DNA of 64,000 bases. Origin: an uncultured bacterium (lineage in GTDB: Bacteria; Krumholzibacteriota; Krumholzibacteriia; Krumholzibacteriales; Krumholzibacteriaceae). The stretch spans positions 128,001 through 192,000 of the forward strand of contig CAWFAD010000011.1 in the NCBI GenBank assembly GCA_963813815.1, in the 5' to 3' direction. This document shows positions 29,003 to 40,166 of this stretch, piece after piece; within the stretch, counting starts at the first letter, position 1, and each line of letters starts with the position of its first letter. Both the position numbers and the translations under genes were made by a program. The notes below the pieces were generated by a model, which saw only the letters and a program-made list of their open reading frames with translations, was not told the DNA's origin and ran no database searches.

Positions 29003-29359
29003 ATGCCGAGAACCAAGCACGGGGTGCCTTCCCACGGACGTACCAAGAAGATACTGAAGAAGGCAAAGGGCTACTTCGGTAGCCGCAGCAAGTTGCATCG
29101 CATCGCCCGCGAAGCCGTCAATCGGGCGCTCATCTATTCGTACCGCGACCGACGCGTGCGCAAGCGGGACTTCCGCAAGCTCTGGATCACGCGAATCAAC
29201 GCCGCGGCGCGCCTGAACGGTTTGAGCTACAGCCGCTTCATCGAAGGGCTGCGCAAGTCGAACATCGAGATCGATCGCAAGCTCCTCGCCGAGCTCGCCG
29301 TGAACGACGCGGCCGGTTTCGCGAAGCTCGCCGAGATCGCGAAGGAAAAGCGCTCATGA
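29003..29359 (+). CDS. rplT: 50S ribosomal protein L20
   Basis: [28 protein letters not shown]. Confidence 0.97.
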   Translation: MPRTKHGVPSHGRTKKILKKAKGYFGSRSKLHRIAREAVNRALIYSYRDRRVRKRDFRKLWITRINAAARLNGLSYSRFIEGLRKSNIEIDRKLLAELAVNDAAGFAKLAEIAKEKRS

Positions 29360-30414
29360 GCCCACGGGCCGATCGCGACGCGGTGCGCGAGGTCGCTGAA
29401 CGCGCGGCGTGCGCATTCGCGGAGGCTCGGGATCTCGAGAAGCTCGAGGAGGCGCGGGTGCGCTTCATCGGGCGCAAAGGAGAGATCACGACGCTCCTGC
29501 GTTCGATCGGCGAACTGCCGGCCGGCGATCGGCCGGCCTTCGGGGAGCTCATCAACGAGCTCAAGACGGAAATCGAAACGCTCTTCGAGAACCGGCGAAA
29601 CGCGCTCGGAGGCGACGCGGCGGAGGAGGACCATTTCGCGGGGGACGCGACTCTCCCCGGCAGGCGGCCGCTCGCCGGCGGGACGCACGTGCTGCATCGC
29701 GTCGTGAGCGAGATGAAGGCGATCTTCGCCGGCATGGGATACTCGATCGCCGAGGGTCCCGATGTGGAGCTCGATTACTACAACTTCGAGGCGCTCAATT
29801 TTCCCGTCGACCATCCGTCGCGGGATCTCCAGGACACCTTTTACGTGAACCGCGACATACTGCTGCGCACGCAGACGTCGCCGGTGCAGGTGCGCTACAT
29901 GGAAAAGCATCGGCCTCCGATCCGCATCATCGTCCCGGGCCGCGTGTACCGCAACGAAACGCCCGACCCGTCGCACGCGGCGGAGTTTCTCCAGATGGAG
30001 GGGCTCTACGTCGACCGGAACGTATCGCTCGCCGATCTGCGCAGCGACATCACCTTCTTCGCGCGCTCCTTCTTCGGCGCCGGGGCGAAAGTCCGGTTCC
30101 GCCCGCATTTCTTTCCCTTCACGGAGCCGAGCGCGGAGGTCGATATGTCCTGCTTCGCGTGCGGGGGCGCGGGGTGCGCGATCTGCGGCAAGACGGGTTG
30201 GATCGAGATCATGGGCGCGGGGATGGTGCACCCGCACGTATTTCGATACGCGGGGTACGATCCCGACGCCTACACCGGATTCGCCTTCGGCATCGGCATC
30301 GAGCGCACGGCCATGCTGAAGTACGGCATCGACGACATCAGGAGATTGCTCGCGAACGATCTCCGGTTCCTCTCCCAGTTTTGGGGCGAGGCGGCGCCGG
30401 AGGTGCAGCGATGA
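29356..30414 (+). CDS. pheS: Phenylalanine--tRNA ligase alpha subunit
   Basis: [33 protein letters not shown]. Confidence 0.97.
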   Translation: MSPRADRDAVREVAERAACAFAEARDLEKLEEARVRFIGRKGEITTLLRSIGELPAGDRPAFGELINELKTEIETLFENRRNALGGDAAEEDHFAGDATLPGRRPLAGGTHVLHRVVSEMKAIFAGMGYSIAEGPDVELDYYNFEALNFPVDHPSRDLQDTFYVNRDILLRTQTSPVQVRYMEKHRPPIRIIVPGRVYRNETPDPSHAAEFLQMEGLYVDRNVSLADLRSDITFFARSFFGAGAKVRFRPHFFPFTEPSAEVDMSCFACGGAGCAICGKTGWIEIMGAGMVHPHVFRYAGYDPDAYTGFAFGIGIERTAMLKYGIDDIRRLLANDLRFLSQFWGEAAPEVQR

Positions 30415-32804
30415 ACGTCAGCCTGAGCTGGCTCAAGCGGTACGTCGACATCACGGAGAGCCCGGAGACCCTCGCGCATGACCTCACGATGTTCGGTCTG
30501 AACGTCGAGGGAGTCAAGGCGCTCGCGCCCTCGTATTCGGGTGTGGTATTCGGCAAGGTGCTCGAATGCGGTAAGCATCCCGGCGCGGATCGTTTGAGCC
30601 TCTGCACGGTGGAGGCCGGGGGGCAACGCCCTCTCTCGATCGTCTGCGGGGCGCCGAACGTGAGAGCCGGTCAGCGGGTGGCGGTCGCCGTCGAGGGAGC
30701 CACGCTCGCCGGCGGATTGCGCATCAAGCGATCGAAGATCCGCGGCCAGGTGTCCGAGGGGATGATCTGCTCGGTATCCGAGCTCGGCATCGGCGAGGAT
30801 CATTCGGGAATACTCGAGCTCGACTTCGACGACACGCCGGGGGCGAGCCTCGACGGCAGGCTCGGCCAGACGGATTACGTGTTCGAGATCGAAGTGACCC
30901 CCAATCGCCCCGACCTTCTTTGCCACTTCGGCGTGGCCCGCGAGATCGCGGCGCTGTACCGCCGCGAGCTGCGGGCGCCTGAGCTCGCGCCCCTCGAGGG
31001 GGACGAGGAGTTCCGGCTCGAGATCGAGAGCGGCTCGGACTGCCCGCGCTACACGGCGGCCTTCATAGAGGATATCGCCGTCGGACCGTCCCCGGCGTGG
31101 CTGCAGAGGTTGCTGCGCTCCGTCGGGCAAAGCCCCATCAACAATATCGTCGACGCCACGAACTTCGTTCTCATGGAGCTCGGGCAACCTCTCCACGCCT
31201 TCGACCGCGACACGCTCGGAGGCGACGCGATCGTCGTGCGCCGGGCCCGTAAGGGAGAGCGGATCGTCACGCTCGACGGGGTCGAGCGCGAGCTCGATAC
31301 GGGAATCCTCGTCATCGCCGACGCCGACCGGGCCGTCGGGGTGGCCGGAGTCATGGGGGGGAAGGAGACCGAGGTGCGTCCGGAGACGAAGCGCCTCGTC
31401 GTCGAGAGCGCGTGCTTCGAACCTCGCCTCATACGGCGCGCCCGGCAGCGCCTGCGCCTCGACACGGAAGCGAGCTACCGGTTCGAGCGCGGGGGAGACG
31501 TCGGCGTCACGCGCGACGCGGCGGCGAGGCTCTGCCGCCTCGTGGCCGAGATGAGCGTCGGCAAACCCTCTTTACGGACCGCAGAGCGCCTGAGCGATGC
31601 GGCGGCGCTCGACCGGGGCCCCGTCGCCCTGCGCGTCGCGCAGACGAACCGCGTCATGGGGACGCATCTCGCCTCCGACGACATCGCCGCTCTCCTCGAG
31701 CGCCTGGCCCTGCCGTCGCGGATCTCCGGGGATACCGTTCGCGTCTCCGTGCCCACTTTCCGGAGGGATCTCGTCGAGGAGATCGATCTCGTCGAGGAGG
31801 CGGCACGGGTGTACGGATACGACAACATCGGACGCGACGAATCGGTCCGCTGCGGGATATTTTCCGTGCCGGCTCCCGAGGAGCGGCGCGGCGAGCTCAT
31901 CGCCCAGCATCTCGTCTCTCGGGGTTTCGCCGAGGTGATAACGAGCTCCTTCATGGATCCGGCGTCGCCCGCCCGCATGCGCTGGGACGCCTCGGACGAA
32001 CGCCTGCGCTGCGTGCGCATCGCCAACCCCCTGACCGAGGCGCAGTCGGCGATGCGAACGAGCCTCCTGCCGGGGCTCCTCGACGTGCTGAAGCGAAACA
32101 CCCCCGCCGAGACCGAGGAAATCCGGATGTTCGAAACGGGGAAAGTGTTCATACCCTCTCCGGACGGCGAAGGGTTGCCTCGCGAGGATGTTCGCTGCAC
32201 GGCGCTCCTCGCCCGGCAGGCGGTGCCGCTCCAATGGATGGAACGACAGCGGCAATGCGAGTTCTCGGACGCGAAGGGGGAGATCGAAACGCTCTTCGAG
32301 AGATTCGGCCTCGGCGGGAGCGTTTCCGGAATGGAGATCGGGGGGGCGTGGGGACGCGGCATCCGCTGGCTCCGCGGGGGAAAGCCGTTCGCGGAGGCAT
32401 TCGCCCTCGCGAAGGGGGTTCTCGACGCATTCGACGTCGACGGCCCCGTGTTCTGCTTCGATCTGCTCGTCGGAGGGCTTCCGGCGCTCGCGCAATGGCC
32501 TCTCATGCGGCCCGTGAGCCCCTATCCGGCGGTCAAGCGAGATCTGTGCATCGTCGTCGATGATCGCGTCCGCTTCGCGGAAGTGCGGGATATCATGACG
32601 TCCGAGGCGCATTTCCTTGATTCGTTGCGCCTGTTCGATTACTATCGGGGCGGCCACCTCGGCGAGGGGAAACGGAGCTTCACCTTCAGGGTCAGCTTCC
32701 GCTCGCAGGAGGAAACGCTCGACAGTCTGGCGGTCGACCGCGAGGTGCAGCGAATCCTGGCGGCGCTCCAGCGGGAGCTCGGGGCGACACTGAGAACGGA
32801 ATAG
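30411..32804 (+). CDS. pheT: Phenylalanine--tRNA ligase beta subunit
   Basis: [42 protein letters not shown] tail. Confidence 0.97.
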   Translation: MNVSLSWLKRYVDITESPETLAHDLTMFGLNVEGVKALAPSYSGVVFGKVLECGKHPGADRLSLCTVEAGGQRPLSIVCGAPNVRAGQRVAVAVEGATLAGGLRIKRSKIRGQVSEGMICSVSELGIGEDHSGILELDFDDTPGASLDGRLGQTDYVFEIEVTPNRPDLLCHFGVAREIAALYRRELRAPELAPLEGDEEFRLEIESGSDCPRYTAAFIEDIAVGPSPAWLQRLLRSVGQSPINNIVDATNFVLMELGQPLHAFDRDTLGGDAIVVRRARKGERIVTLDGVERELDTGILVIADADRAVGVAGVMGGKETEVRPETKRLVVESACFEPRLIRRARQRLRLDTEASYRFERGGDVGVTRDAAARLCRLVAEMSVGKPSLRTAERLSDAAALDRGPVALRVAQTNRVMGTHLASDDIAALLERLALPSRISGDTVRVSVPTFRRDLVEEIDLVEEAARVYGYDNIGRDESVRCGIFSVPAPEERRGELIAQHLVSRGFAEVITSSFMDPASPARMRWDASDERLRCVRIANPLTEAQSAMRTSLLPGLLDVLKRNTPAETEEIRMFETGKVFIPSPDGEGLPREDVRCTALLARQAVPLQWMERQRQCEFSDAKGEIETLFERFGLGGSVSGMEIGGAWGRGIRWLRGGKPFAEAFALAKGVLDAFDVDGPVFCFDLLVGGLPALAQWPLMRPVSPYPAVKRDLCIVVDDRVRFAEVRDIMTSEAHFLDSLRLFDYYRGGHLGEGKRSFTFRVSFRSQEETLDSLAVDREVQRILAALQRELGATLRTE

Positions 32805-32818
32805 CGGAGGAGGCGCGC

Positions 32819-33103
32819 ATGGCTACCAGCGGCATCATCAACCTGGACGCCCTCGAGGAGAAAATCAACAAGGCGGCCGAAAGTATCGCCCGGCTGAGGG
32901 CCGAGAAATCGGAGCTCGAACGCAGCAATAAGGAGTTGAAAGAAAAATTCGATTCGTTGTATATTAGAAACGAGCAGTTGTTGACGGAAATCGAACATGT
33001 GCGGGCCGAAGGGCAGCGCACCGGAGATTTCGAGAAAACGAGAGAGGAGATTAAAGGTAAGGTTGAGGAGATGCTGGCGAAGCTGGATCAGCTCGACGTC
33101 TGA
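32819..33103 (+). CDS. ZapB-like coiled-coil cell division protein
   Basis: LEEKINKAAESIARLRAEK heptads; position between pheT and zapA. Confidence 0.7.
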   Translation: MATSGIINLDALEEKINKAAESIARLRAEKSELERSNKELKEKFDSLYIRNEQLLTEIEHVRAEGQRTGDFEKTREEIKGKVEEMLAKLDQLDV

Positions 33104-33178
33104 TCGCGCCGGCAGCGGAGGCTGATAGAGGGGCGGGGAGAGTGAATCCGTTGTGCGTCGATCCGGGAAGGTTGCCGA

Positions 33179-33475
33179 ATGACCGAAAGAAACACTGAAA
33201 AAGTGGAAATTTTTGGTCAGGAGTATAAGATCAAGGGTGTTGGCAACCCCCAGTATATACAGCAGATAGCTGGGTATGTCGACAAGAAAATGAGGGAAAT
33301 AGCCCATTCGAGCGGCATTATGTCGCAATCGCGCATAGCCATATTGGCTGCTCTCAATATCACGGACGAGCTCTACCAGGAGCGCGACGAACGCGAGCGC
33401 GCCAAGGCTGAGTTCGAAGGAAAGGCCGCACGGCTGGGCGAGCTTCTCGACAGCGAGATCGACGTAGAGCGCTGA
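33179..33475 (+). CDS. zapA: Cell division protein ZapA
   Basis: VEIFGQEYKI, YVDKKMREI, AILAALNITDEL. Confidence 0.93.
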   Translation: MTERNTEKVEIFGQEYKIKGVGNPQYIQQIAGYVDKKMREIAHSSGIMSQSRIAILAALNITDELYQERDERERAKAEFEGKAARLGELLDSEIDVER

Positions 33476-33549
33476 TTTCTCCCCGCGAACGGGTGTTGGC
33501 AGCGCAGCATGCGGGGAACAGCGGTATGAGCGTTGAACGGACACAGTGT

Positions 33550-33735
33550 TATTCCCTACCGTGTTCGTGATGGAGAAGCGGATTATTGAGCCAACACCTT
33601 TAGCCCGGAAGTCTTATATTCGGCCGCCGATGCCATGCCCGGCCTCGCCGGGACCGCAGAATCGGTCGTGCGGACATCCACCTTGCAGAAAGGGCTTCAA
33701 AAGGTGCTTCGCCACACGGCATAGCGTGGGGAATT
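33550..33735 (+). ncRNA. ssrS: 6S RNA
   Basis: ATTCCC/GGGAAT terminal pairing, CCGTGTTCG..TTGAGCC and GGCTTCAA..CACGG, ~185 nt, canonical zapA-ssrS-rny context. Confidence 0.85.
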
Positions 33736-33872
33736 TTATTTAGCCCTCTACCCCGCGGCATCTCCCGCCCCGGAAGCATTTTCGAGCATTTTTCAACGCG
33801 TAACCATGCGGCGCGCGGCCATGCCGTGCAGGCGCGGAGGTGAGGAGCCCGGCGTCGATCCGGGCGGAGACC

Positions 33873-35444
33873 ATGGCACAGGCAGAACTTTTCGTCATCA
33901 TTCCGGTCGGGATCATCATCCTCATCGTGGGAAGCATCCTCGGCTGGTTCATGAACAAGAAGGTTTCGGAGACGCATCTCAAGCACACGCGAAAGCTCGC
34001 CGAGAACATCATCGCGGAGGCTCAGAGGGAAGCGGAGACGCAGAAGAAGGCGGCGATCCTCGAGGCGAAGGACGAGTGGTACCAGGCGAAGCTTCGCTTC
34101 GAGAAGGAGACGCAGGAGGGCCGCCAGGAGATCAAGAAACAGGAGCGCCGCATAGAGGAAAAGGAGCAGAACGTCAACCGCAAGGTCGATTTTCTCGACA
34201 AGCGCGAGCAGGAGCTCGGCGACCGGCAGCGGTCGCTCGACGAGAAGCTTCGAGGTGTGGCCGAGCGCAACGAGGAGCTTTCCCGGACGCTGCAGCTCCA
34301 GAACGAAAAGCTCGAGAGGATCGCCGGCATGAGCCGCGACGACGCCAAGAAGCTCCTCATCACGAATCTCGAGAACGAGGCCCGGCACGAGGCGGCGAAG
34401 CGGGTCCGCGACATTCGCGACGAGGCCGAACGCAACGCCGTCAAGGAGAGCCGCGAGATTCTCACGCTGGCGATCGAACGGTGCGCGGCCGATCACGTCG
34501 TCGAATCGACCGTGTCGGTCGTGGACCTGCCGAGCGAAGAGATGAAGGGCCGCATCATCGGCCGCGAGGGTCGGAACATCCGCGCCTTCGAGAACGCCAC
34601 GGGAATCGACGTGATCATCGACGATACGCCCGAGGCGGTCATTCTTTCCGGGTTCGATCCGGTCCGGCGCGAGGTCGCGCGGCTCAGTCTCGAAAAGCTC
34701 GTCAAGGACGGCAGGATCCATCCGGGCCGCATCGAGGAAATCGTCGAAAAGACGCGTAAGGAGCTTCTCGACGAGATTCGCGAGATCGGCGAGCAGACCT
34801 GCCTCGAGCTCAACATTCACGGCCTCCACGCGGAGCTCGTGAAGCTGCTCGGCAGGCTGAAGTACCGCACCTCGTACGGTCAGAACGTGCTGCAGCACTC
34901 GAAGGAAGTCGCGTTTCTCTCGAGCCTGCTCGCCGGGGAGCTCGGGGCCGATCCGGCTCTGGCGCGGCGCGCCGGCCTCCTCCACGACATCGGAAAGGCG
35001 ACCGATCACGAGATGGAAGGGCCGCACGCGCTCATCGGCGGCGAGCTCGCGAAGCGGTACGGGGAGGGAGAAAAGATCGTGAACGCGATCGCGGCGCACC
35101 ACGAGGACGTCGAATCGACGTCGATGATGACGCACCTCGTTTCGGCGGCGGACGCCATTTCCGGGGCCCGTCCGGGCGCGCGACGGGAGACCCTCGAGAA
35201 CTACATCCGGCGGCTCGAGAAGCTCGAGAAGATCGCCGACGCCTTCGACGCCGTCGAGAAGTCGTACGCGATCCAGGCGGGCCGCGAAATCCGGATCCTC
35301 GTCAACTTCAAGAAGGTGGACGACGCGCAGGCCGCGGATCTCTGCTCCGAGATCGCCCGAAAGATCGAAGGGGGCATGGAGTATCCCGGCCAGATCAAGG
35401 TCATCGTCATTCGGGAAACGCGGGCGGTCGATTACGCGCGCTGA
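33873..35444 (+). CDS. rny: Ribonuclease Y
   Basis: N-terminal TM, coiled coil, KH domain ([14 protein letters not shown]), HD domain (LLHDIGK). Confidence 0.97.
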   Translation: MAQAELFVIIPVGIIILIVGSILGWFMNKKVSETHLKHTRKLAENIIAEAQREAETQKKAAILEAKDEWYQAKLRFEKETQEGRQEIKKQERRIEEKEQNVNRKVDFLDKREQELGDRQRSLDEKLRGVAERNEELSRTLQLQNEKLERIAGMSRDDAKKLLITNLENEARHEAAKRVRDIRDEAERNAVKESREILTLAIERCAADHVVESTVSVVDLPSEEMKGRIIGREGRNIRAFENATGIDVIIDDTPEAVILSGFDPVRREVARLSLEKLVKDGRIHPGRIEEIVEKTRKELLDEIREIGEQTCLELNIHGLHAELVKLLGRLKYRTSYGQNVLQHSKEVAFLSSLLAGELGADPALARRAGLLHDIGKATDHEMEGPHALIGGELAKRYGEGEKIVNAIAAHHEDVESTSMMTHLVSAADAISGARPGARRETLENYIRRLEKLEKIADAFDAVEKSYAIQAGREIRILVNFKKVDDAQAADLCSEIARKIEGGMEYPGQIKVIVIRETRAVDYAR

Positions 35445-35478
35445 CGGAGGCGCGGCGGTCGGGAGTTGAAACGCGGCG

Positions 35479-36276
35479 ATGCGCGTGCTGTTTCTCGGCG
35501 ATATCATAGCGAAAACGGGACGACGGGCCCTGCAGTCGACCCTCCCCGGGCTGCGCCGGCGCCTCGGCGTCGATCTCTGCGTGGCGAACGTGGAGAACGC
35601 GGCGGGGATCTTCGGCGTCACCGAACGCGTCGTGATCGATATCGTCGCCTCGGGCGTCGATGTCATGACGAGCGGGAACCACGTCTGGGACAAGCGCGAA
35701 GGGGTCGAACTTCTCGACTCGAGAACCGATCTCCTCCGTCCGGCCAACTATCCGCCCGGCGTCGCGGGCAGGGGAATCGTCGTGCGGGAAACTCCGCTCG
35801 GCCACGTCGCAGTCATGAATCTCCAGGGGCGCACCTTCATGGGCGCGATCGATTGTCCGTTCCGCGCCGCCGACGGGCTGCTGGCGGAGATTCCGTCATC
35901 GGTGCGGGTGATCTTGGTCGATTTTCACGCCGAGGCGACGAGCGAGAAGCAGGCCCTCGGGCGATACCTCGACGGACGGGTGAGCGCGGTTATCGGAACG
36001 CATACGCACGTGCAGACGGCCGACGAGCGCATCCTGCCCCGCGGCACGGCGTTCATCACCGACGCCGGCATGGTCGGTCCGATCGACTCGATCATCGGCG
36101 TGCGCAAGGAGCAGGTGATCGAGAAGTTTCTCAAGGGCATCCCCGTGAGATTCGAGGTGGCCGGGGGCACGTCGAACGTCGACGGCTGTCTCGTCGACGT
36201 CGACGAGCAGACCGGACGCGCGCGCTCCATAGAGCGCGTGCGGGAGCGCGTTGAGTCGACCGAGGGGGAATCATGA
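35479..36276 (+). CDS. ymdB: YmdB family (TIGR00282) metallophosphoesterase
   Basis: GDI, NVENAAG, SGNHVWD, DFHAEATSEK, GTHTHV. Confidence 0.94.
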   Translation: MRVLFLGDIIAKTGRRALQSTLPGLRRRLGVDLCVANVENAAGIFGVTERVVIDIVASGVDVMTSGNHVWDKREGVELLDSRTDLLRPANYPPGVAGRGIVVRETPLGHVAVMNLQGRTFMGAIDCPFRAADGLLAEIPSSVRVILVDFHAEATSEKQALGRYLDGRVSAVIGTHTHVQTADERILPRGTAFITDAGMVGPIDSIIGVRKEQVIEKFLKGIPVRFEVAGGTSNVDGCLVDVDEQTGRARSIERVRERVESTEGES

Positions 36277-37190
36277 GCGAGGAGCGGGGCGTCCTCATCG
36301 ACGGCAAGGCCGTCGCGCAGCGGATACTCGCCGAGGTGGCGGCCGCCGTGGCGCGATTCAGCGCCGGCCGGCGCGGGCCGCATCTCGCCGTCGTCATCGT
36401 CGGCGAGAACCCGGCCTCGCAGTCGTACGTGAAGGGCAAGGTGGGGGCCGCCGCCCGGTGCGGGATCGAAGCGAGCCTCATAGAGATGGCCGCGAGCGCG
36501 AGCGAGGAGGCGCTTCTCGCCCGGATCGATCGGCTGAACGCGGACGACCGCGTCGACGGCATACTCGTGCAGCTTCCCCTTCCCGATCATATCGATCAGC
36601 AACTCGTCATCGAGCGTATTTCGCCCTCGAAGGATGTCGACGGGTTTCACCCCTACAACCTTGGGCGCCTCGCCGCGGATCGCCCCCGCTTCGTCGCCTG
36701 CACGCCCCTCGGAATCGTCGAGCTGCTCGATCGGTGCGGCGTGAGAACGGAGGGCGCGCGGGCCGTCGTCATCGGCAGAAGCGTCATCGTGGGCAAGCCG
36801 CTCGCGTTGCTGCTCTCGAGGAAACACGCGGGAGGAAACGCGACCGTGACGCTCTGTCATTCGCAATCGACCGGTCTCGCCTCGATCTGCCGCGAGGCCG
36901 ACATCCTCGTCGCGGCCGTGGGAAGAGCGGGAGCGGTCACCGTGGACATGGTCAAGGACGGCGCCGTCGTCATCGACGTCGGCGTCAACCGGGTAGCCGA
37001 CCCCGGCTCCCCGAAAGGGTACCGGCTCCGCGGCGACGTCGATTTCGAGGCGGTGCGGCCGCGCGCTTCGCTCATCACGCCCGTTCCCGGCGGCGTGGGC
37101 CCCATGACCGTCACGATGCTCATGCGCAACACCCTCCAGGCCGCCGAGTGGGCGCGCGGAGCGCAGCATGAAGGAAACTCCGGAGCATGA
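36273..37190 (+). CDS. folD: Methylenetetrahydrofolate dehydrogenase/cyclohydrolase
   Basis: GILVQLPLP, KDVDGFHP, GRSVIVGKP, TPVPGGVGPMT. Confidence 0.97.
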   Translation: MSEERGVLIDGKAVAQRILAEVAAAVARFSAGRRGPHLAVVIVGENPASQSYVKGKVGAAARCGIEASLIEMAASASEEALLARIDRLNADDRVDGILVQLPLPDHIDQQLVIERISPSKDVDGFHPYNLGRLAADRPRFVACTPLGIVELLDRCGVRTEGARAVVIGRSVIVGKPLALLLSRKHAGGNATVTLCHSQSTGLASICREADILVAAVGRAGAVTVDMVKDGAVVIDVGVNRVADPGSPKGYRLRGDVDFEAVRPRASLITPVPGGVGPMTVTMLMRNTLQAAEWARGAQHEGNSGA

Positions 37191-38625
37191 CGCGCCGGCG
37201 CCGTCCGCGCGCGGTTGCTACACGGTAACAGAGGTCGCCGAGGCCATCCGGCAGCACCTCGAGACCGAATTCCCCGACATCAGCGTGCTCGGCGAAGTGG
37301 CGAACTGCAAGGTTCACCAGTCCGGCCACGTGTATTTCACCCTACGCGACGGCGAGAGCATGCTGGCCGCCGCTCTCTTCCGGCGCGCGGCCTCGCGCGT
37401 CGCGGTCCAGCCCGAGAACGGAATGTCAGTGGTCGCCACGGGGCGTCTCTCGCATTTCGGGGGCGCCGGCCGCACGCAGATCATCGTGAGGGAGATCGCG
37501 GCCGCCGGAAGGGGAGGGATGGAGATGGCCTTCCGGGAGCTCCTCGAGCGGCTTCGGGCCGAGGGGCTCACGGCGGAAGAGCGGAAGCGCGAACTGCCGG
37601 CGTATCCGCGCTCGATAGCCGTCATCACGTCGCCGACGGGGGCCGTTATCAGGGACGTCCTCGACACGTTGCGCCGCCGCTGGCCGGTCGCGGAGATCGT
37701 GCACGTTCCCGTTGAGGTGCAGGGACCGTCCGCCGCGCGTTTGATCGTGCGCGCCTTCCGGCTCTGCGACGGGATGGAGCGCCTCGATGCCGTTATACTC
37801 GCGCGCGGGGGAGGTTCGGCGGAGGATCTCTGGACCTTCAACCTCGAAAGCGTGGCGCGGGCCGTCGCCGCCTCGCGGCATCCCGTCGTCACGGGGATCG
37901 GACACGAGATCGACACGACGATCTGCGATTACGTTTCCGACCTGCGCGCGGCGACGCCGACAGCCGCGGCCGAGCTCGTCGCGCCGCGTATCGAGGACGT
38001 GCGGCGCGGGCTCGAGGAGGCCCTTCGCGGGATCGCGCGACGGGCGGACGAAGGCTTGGAGAACAGGGGGCGGCTCGTCGAGTACCTCTTGAGAAGCGGC
38101 GCCCTCGCCGCGATCGCGCACCGCATGGAGCGGGCCGAGGCGGCCGTCGACGAGAGCGCCGAGCGGATCGCGGATCTGTGGCGCGAGCTCGTCGCCGGCC
38201 GCCGCGCGGAAGCGGTCTCGGTGGAAGGGGGGCTGGCCCTCGCGCTGGAGCGCGCCGTCGCGCGGGCCGGATCCCGGCGTCTCGAGGCCGCGCTCGCGCT
38301 CGCGGCGTGCAACCCGCGGATGCGGCTCGAGAGCGCGGGAAATTCACTCCACCAGATCGAACGGCTCCTGCGGTCGCGCGTGCAATCGCGGATATCGGAA
38401 GGTCGAGCCCGCTCGAGCGGGCTCGTGGGGACGCTCGGCGGTCTCGATCCGAGGAGCGTCCTCAAACGCGGCTACGCGTACTGCACGACGCCGGATGGGA
38501 GCCGTGTCGTCGCCCGGGCCGCGCGCCTGTCCAGCGGAGATGATCTGCTCGTGCAATTCATCGACGGGGGAGCCCGATGCCGGGTCGAGGAGAAGCGGAA
38601 AGGAAGGCCATGGCGAAAAAAATGA
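37168..38625 (+). CDS. xseA: Exodeoxyribonuclease VII large subunit
   Basis: SGHVYFTLRD, ITSPTGAVIRD, ARGGGSAEDLWTFN, GIGHEID, TPTAAAE. Confidence 0.95.
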   Translation: MKETPEHDAPAPSARGCYTVTEVAEAIRQHLETEFPDISVLGEVANCKVHQSGHVYFTLRDGESMLAAALFRRAASRVAVQPENGMSVVATGRLSHFGGAGRTQIIVREIAAAGRGGMEMAFRELLERLRAEGLTAEERKRELPAYPRSIAVITSPTGAVIRDVLDTLRRRWPVAEIVHVPVEVQGPSAARLIVRAFRLCDGMERLDAVILARGGGSAEDLWTFNLESVARAVAASRHPVVTGIGHEIDTTICDYVSDLRAATPTAAAELVAPRIEDVRRGLEEALRGIARRADEGLENRGRLVEYLLRSGALAAIAHRMERAEAAVDESAERIADLWRELVAGRRAEAVSVEGGLALALERAVARAGSRRLEAALALAACNPRMRLESAGNSLHQIERLLRSRVQSRISEGRARSSGLVGTLGGLDPRSVLKRGYAYCTTPDGSRVVARAARLSSGDDLLVQFIDGGARCRVEEKRKGRPWRKK

Positions 38626-38834
38626 TGTTCGAGGACGCGATGCGGCGCCTGAACGAGATCGTGAAACGGCTCGAGGAGGGGGACGTCCCGCTCGAGGAGA
38701 GCATGACGCTCTACGAGGAGGGGATGCGGCTCGGCGCAGCGTGCCGCGGCATCCTCAAAAACGCGGAGCAGCGGATAACGCGCCTCACGAGGGAGATGGA
38801 GTCGGCGGACGCGGAGGAGGAGGGCTCGCGGTGA
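38610..38834 (+). CDS. xseB: Exodeoxyribonuclease VII small subunit
   Basis: FEDAMRRLNEIVKRLEEGDVPLEESMTLYEEG. Confidence 0.94.
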   Translation: MAKKMMFEDAMRRLNEIVKRLEEGDVPLEESMTLYEEGMRLGAACRGILKNAEQRITRLTREMESADAEEEGSR

Positions 38835-39718
38835 GCGGGAACGATTGGCCGCGGCTCCTCGAAGCCGATCGAAATCTCGTCGTCGCGCGGCTCGAAGAGC
38901 TTCTGCCTCCGGCGGCCGAGCGGCCGGAGAGCCTGCACGGCGCGATGCGCCACGCCGTGCTCGGAGGCGGAAAACGCCTTCGGGCGGTGCTTTGTCTCGC
39001 CGCCCATCGCATGTGGGGGGATCCCTTTCCGCGCTCCGCGCTCGACGCGGGCTGCGCGATCGAATGCCTCCACGCCTACACCCTCGTCCACGACGACCTG
39101 CCGGCCCTCGACGACGACGATCTGCGCCGAGGCCGGCCGACGTGCCACCGGGCGTTCGGCGAAGCGACCGCCATTCTCGCGGGCGATGCGCTGCAGGCCC
39201 GCTCCTTCGAAATTCTCGCGCGCTGCGGGGCGCCCGAGGATCGGATCGCGGAGGCTGTGGGGACGCTCGCGCGCGCGGCCGGGTCCCTGTTCCTCGTCGG
39301 GGGACAAACGGCCGACCTCGAGGGGGAGGGATCGGAGCCGACGGAGGAGCTCGTCGAGTTCATTCATCTCCGCAAAACCGCCGAGCTCATCGCCGCATCC
39401 CTTTCGATCGGGGCGGCCCTCGCCGGAGCCGGCGGGGAGGAGCGCCGGAGAATCCACGAAACCGGAAGGCTCGCCGGCCTCGCGTTCCAGATTGCCGACG
39501 ACGTGCTCGACGTCGTCGGGGAGGAAGGGATCGTGGGAAAAGGCTTGCGGAAGGATGCCGGAAGGAAGAAAATAACACATTCGGCCATTCATGGCGTGGA
39601 GCGCTCCCGCGCCGAGGCTCGGCGGCTCGCGGCGGATGCGGCGGCGCGGGCCGCGGCTCTCGGGGATCGCGGCTACGTCGGTTTTCTGTTTTCGTCTATG
39701 GCCGAGCGGAAATCGTGA
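38831..39718 (+). CDS. ispA: Farnesyl/geranylgeranyl diphosphate synthase
   Basis: GGKRLR, LVHDDLPALDDDDLRRG, GGQ, KTA, FQIADD; GTG start. Confidence 0.93.
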   Translation: MSGNDWPRLLEADRNLVVARLEELLPPAAERPESLHGAMRHAVLGGGKRLRAVLCLAAHRMWGDPFPRSALDAGCAIECLHAYTLVHDDLPALDDDDLRRGRPTCHRAFGEATAILAGDALQARSFEILARCGAPEDRIAEAVGTLARAAGSLFLVGGQTADLEGEGSEPTEELVEFIHLRKTAELIAASLSIGAALAGAGGEERRRIHETGRLAGLAFQIADDVLDVVGEEGIVGKGLRKDAGRKKITHSAIHGVERSRAEARRLAADAAARAAALGDRGYVGFLFSSMAERKS

Positions 39719-39719
39719 C

Positions 39720-40157
39720 ATGCTGAAACAATACCTGTTTCGCCATATCGTGCTGGTCCCGGTGATTTGCGGTTTCTTAATCCAATGTCTAAAGGTATTG
39801 CTATATTCGATTGTATACAAAAGGGTTGCAATTTATAAATTCGTGCATCCGGACGGTTTGCCGAACCTGCATTCAGCTGTCTTCGCCGCGCTTTCGGTGA
39901 GCTTGGGCCTGAAATACGGCTTCTCATCGATCCTTTTTTCGTTCGTCGGCGTCATCAGCGTGATCGTCATTCACGATACGCTGAGGCTCAAGGGCGAAAA
40001 GGTGAAGCAGGCGAGCATACTGAAGAGAATCATAACGAGCGACGCGAGCTACCGCGACATCGCGGAGGGGGGCGGACGGCGGGCGTTGCGATTCACGCCG
40101 CTCGACGTGTTGTCGGGGGCCTTTCTCGGAGTGGCGGGAGCGTACGCGCTGCTTTAG
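39720..40157 (+). CDS. Divergent PAP2 family (DUF212) membrane protein, degenerate motif
   Basis: IQCLK, GLPNLHSA (cf. GGMPSSHSA), TPLDV..GA.LG; ispA-DUF212-dxs context. Confidence 0.75.
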   Translation: MLKQYLFRHIVLVPVICGFLIQCLKVLLYSIVYKRVAIYKFVHPDGLPNLHSAVFAALSVSLGLKYGFSSILFSFVGVISVIVIHDTLRLKGEKVKQASILKRIITSDASYRDIAEGGGRRALRFTPLDVLSGAFLGVAGAYALL

Positions 40158-40166
40158 CGCGAAACC

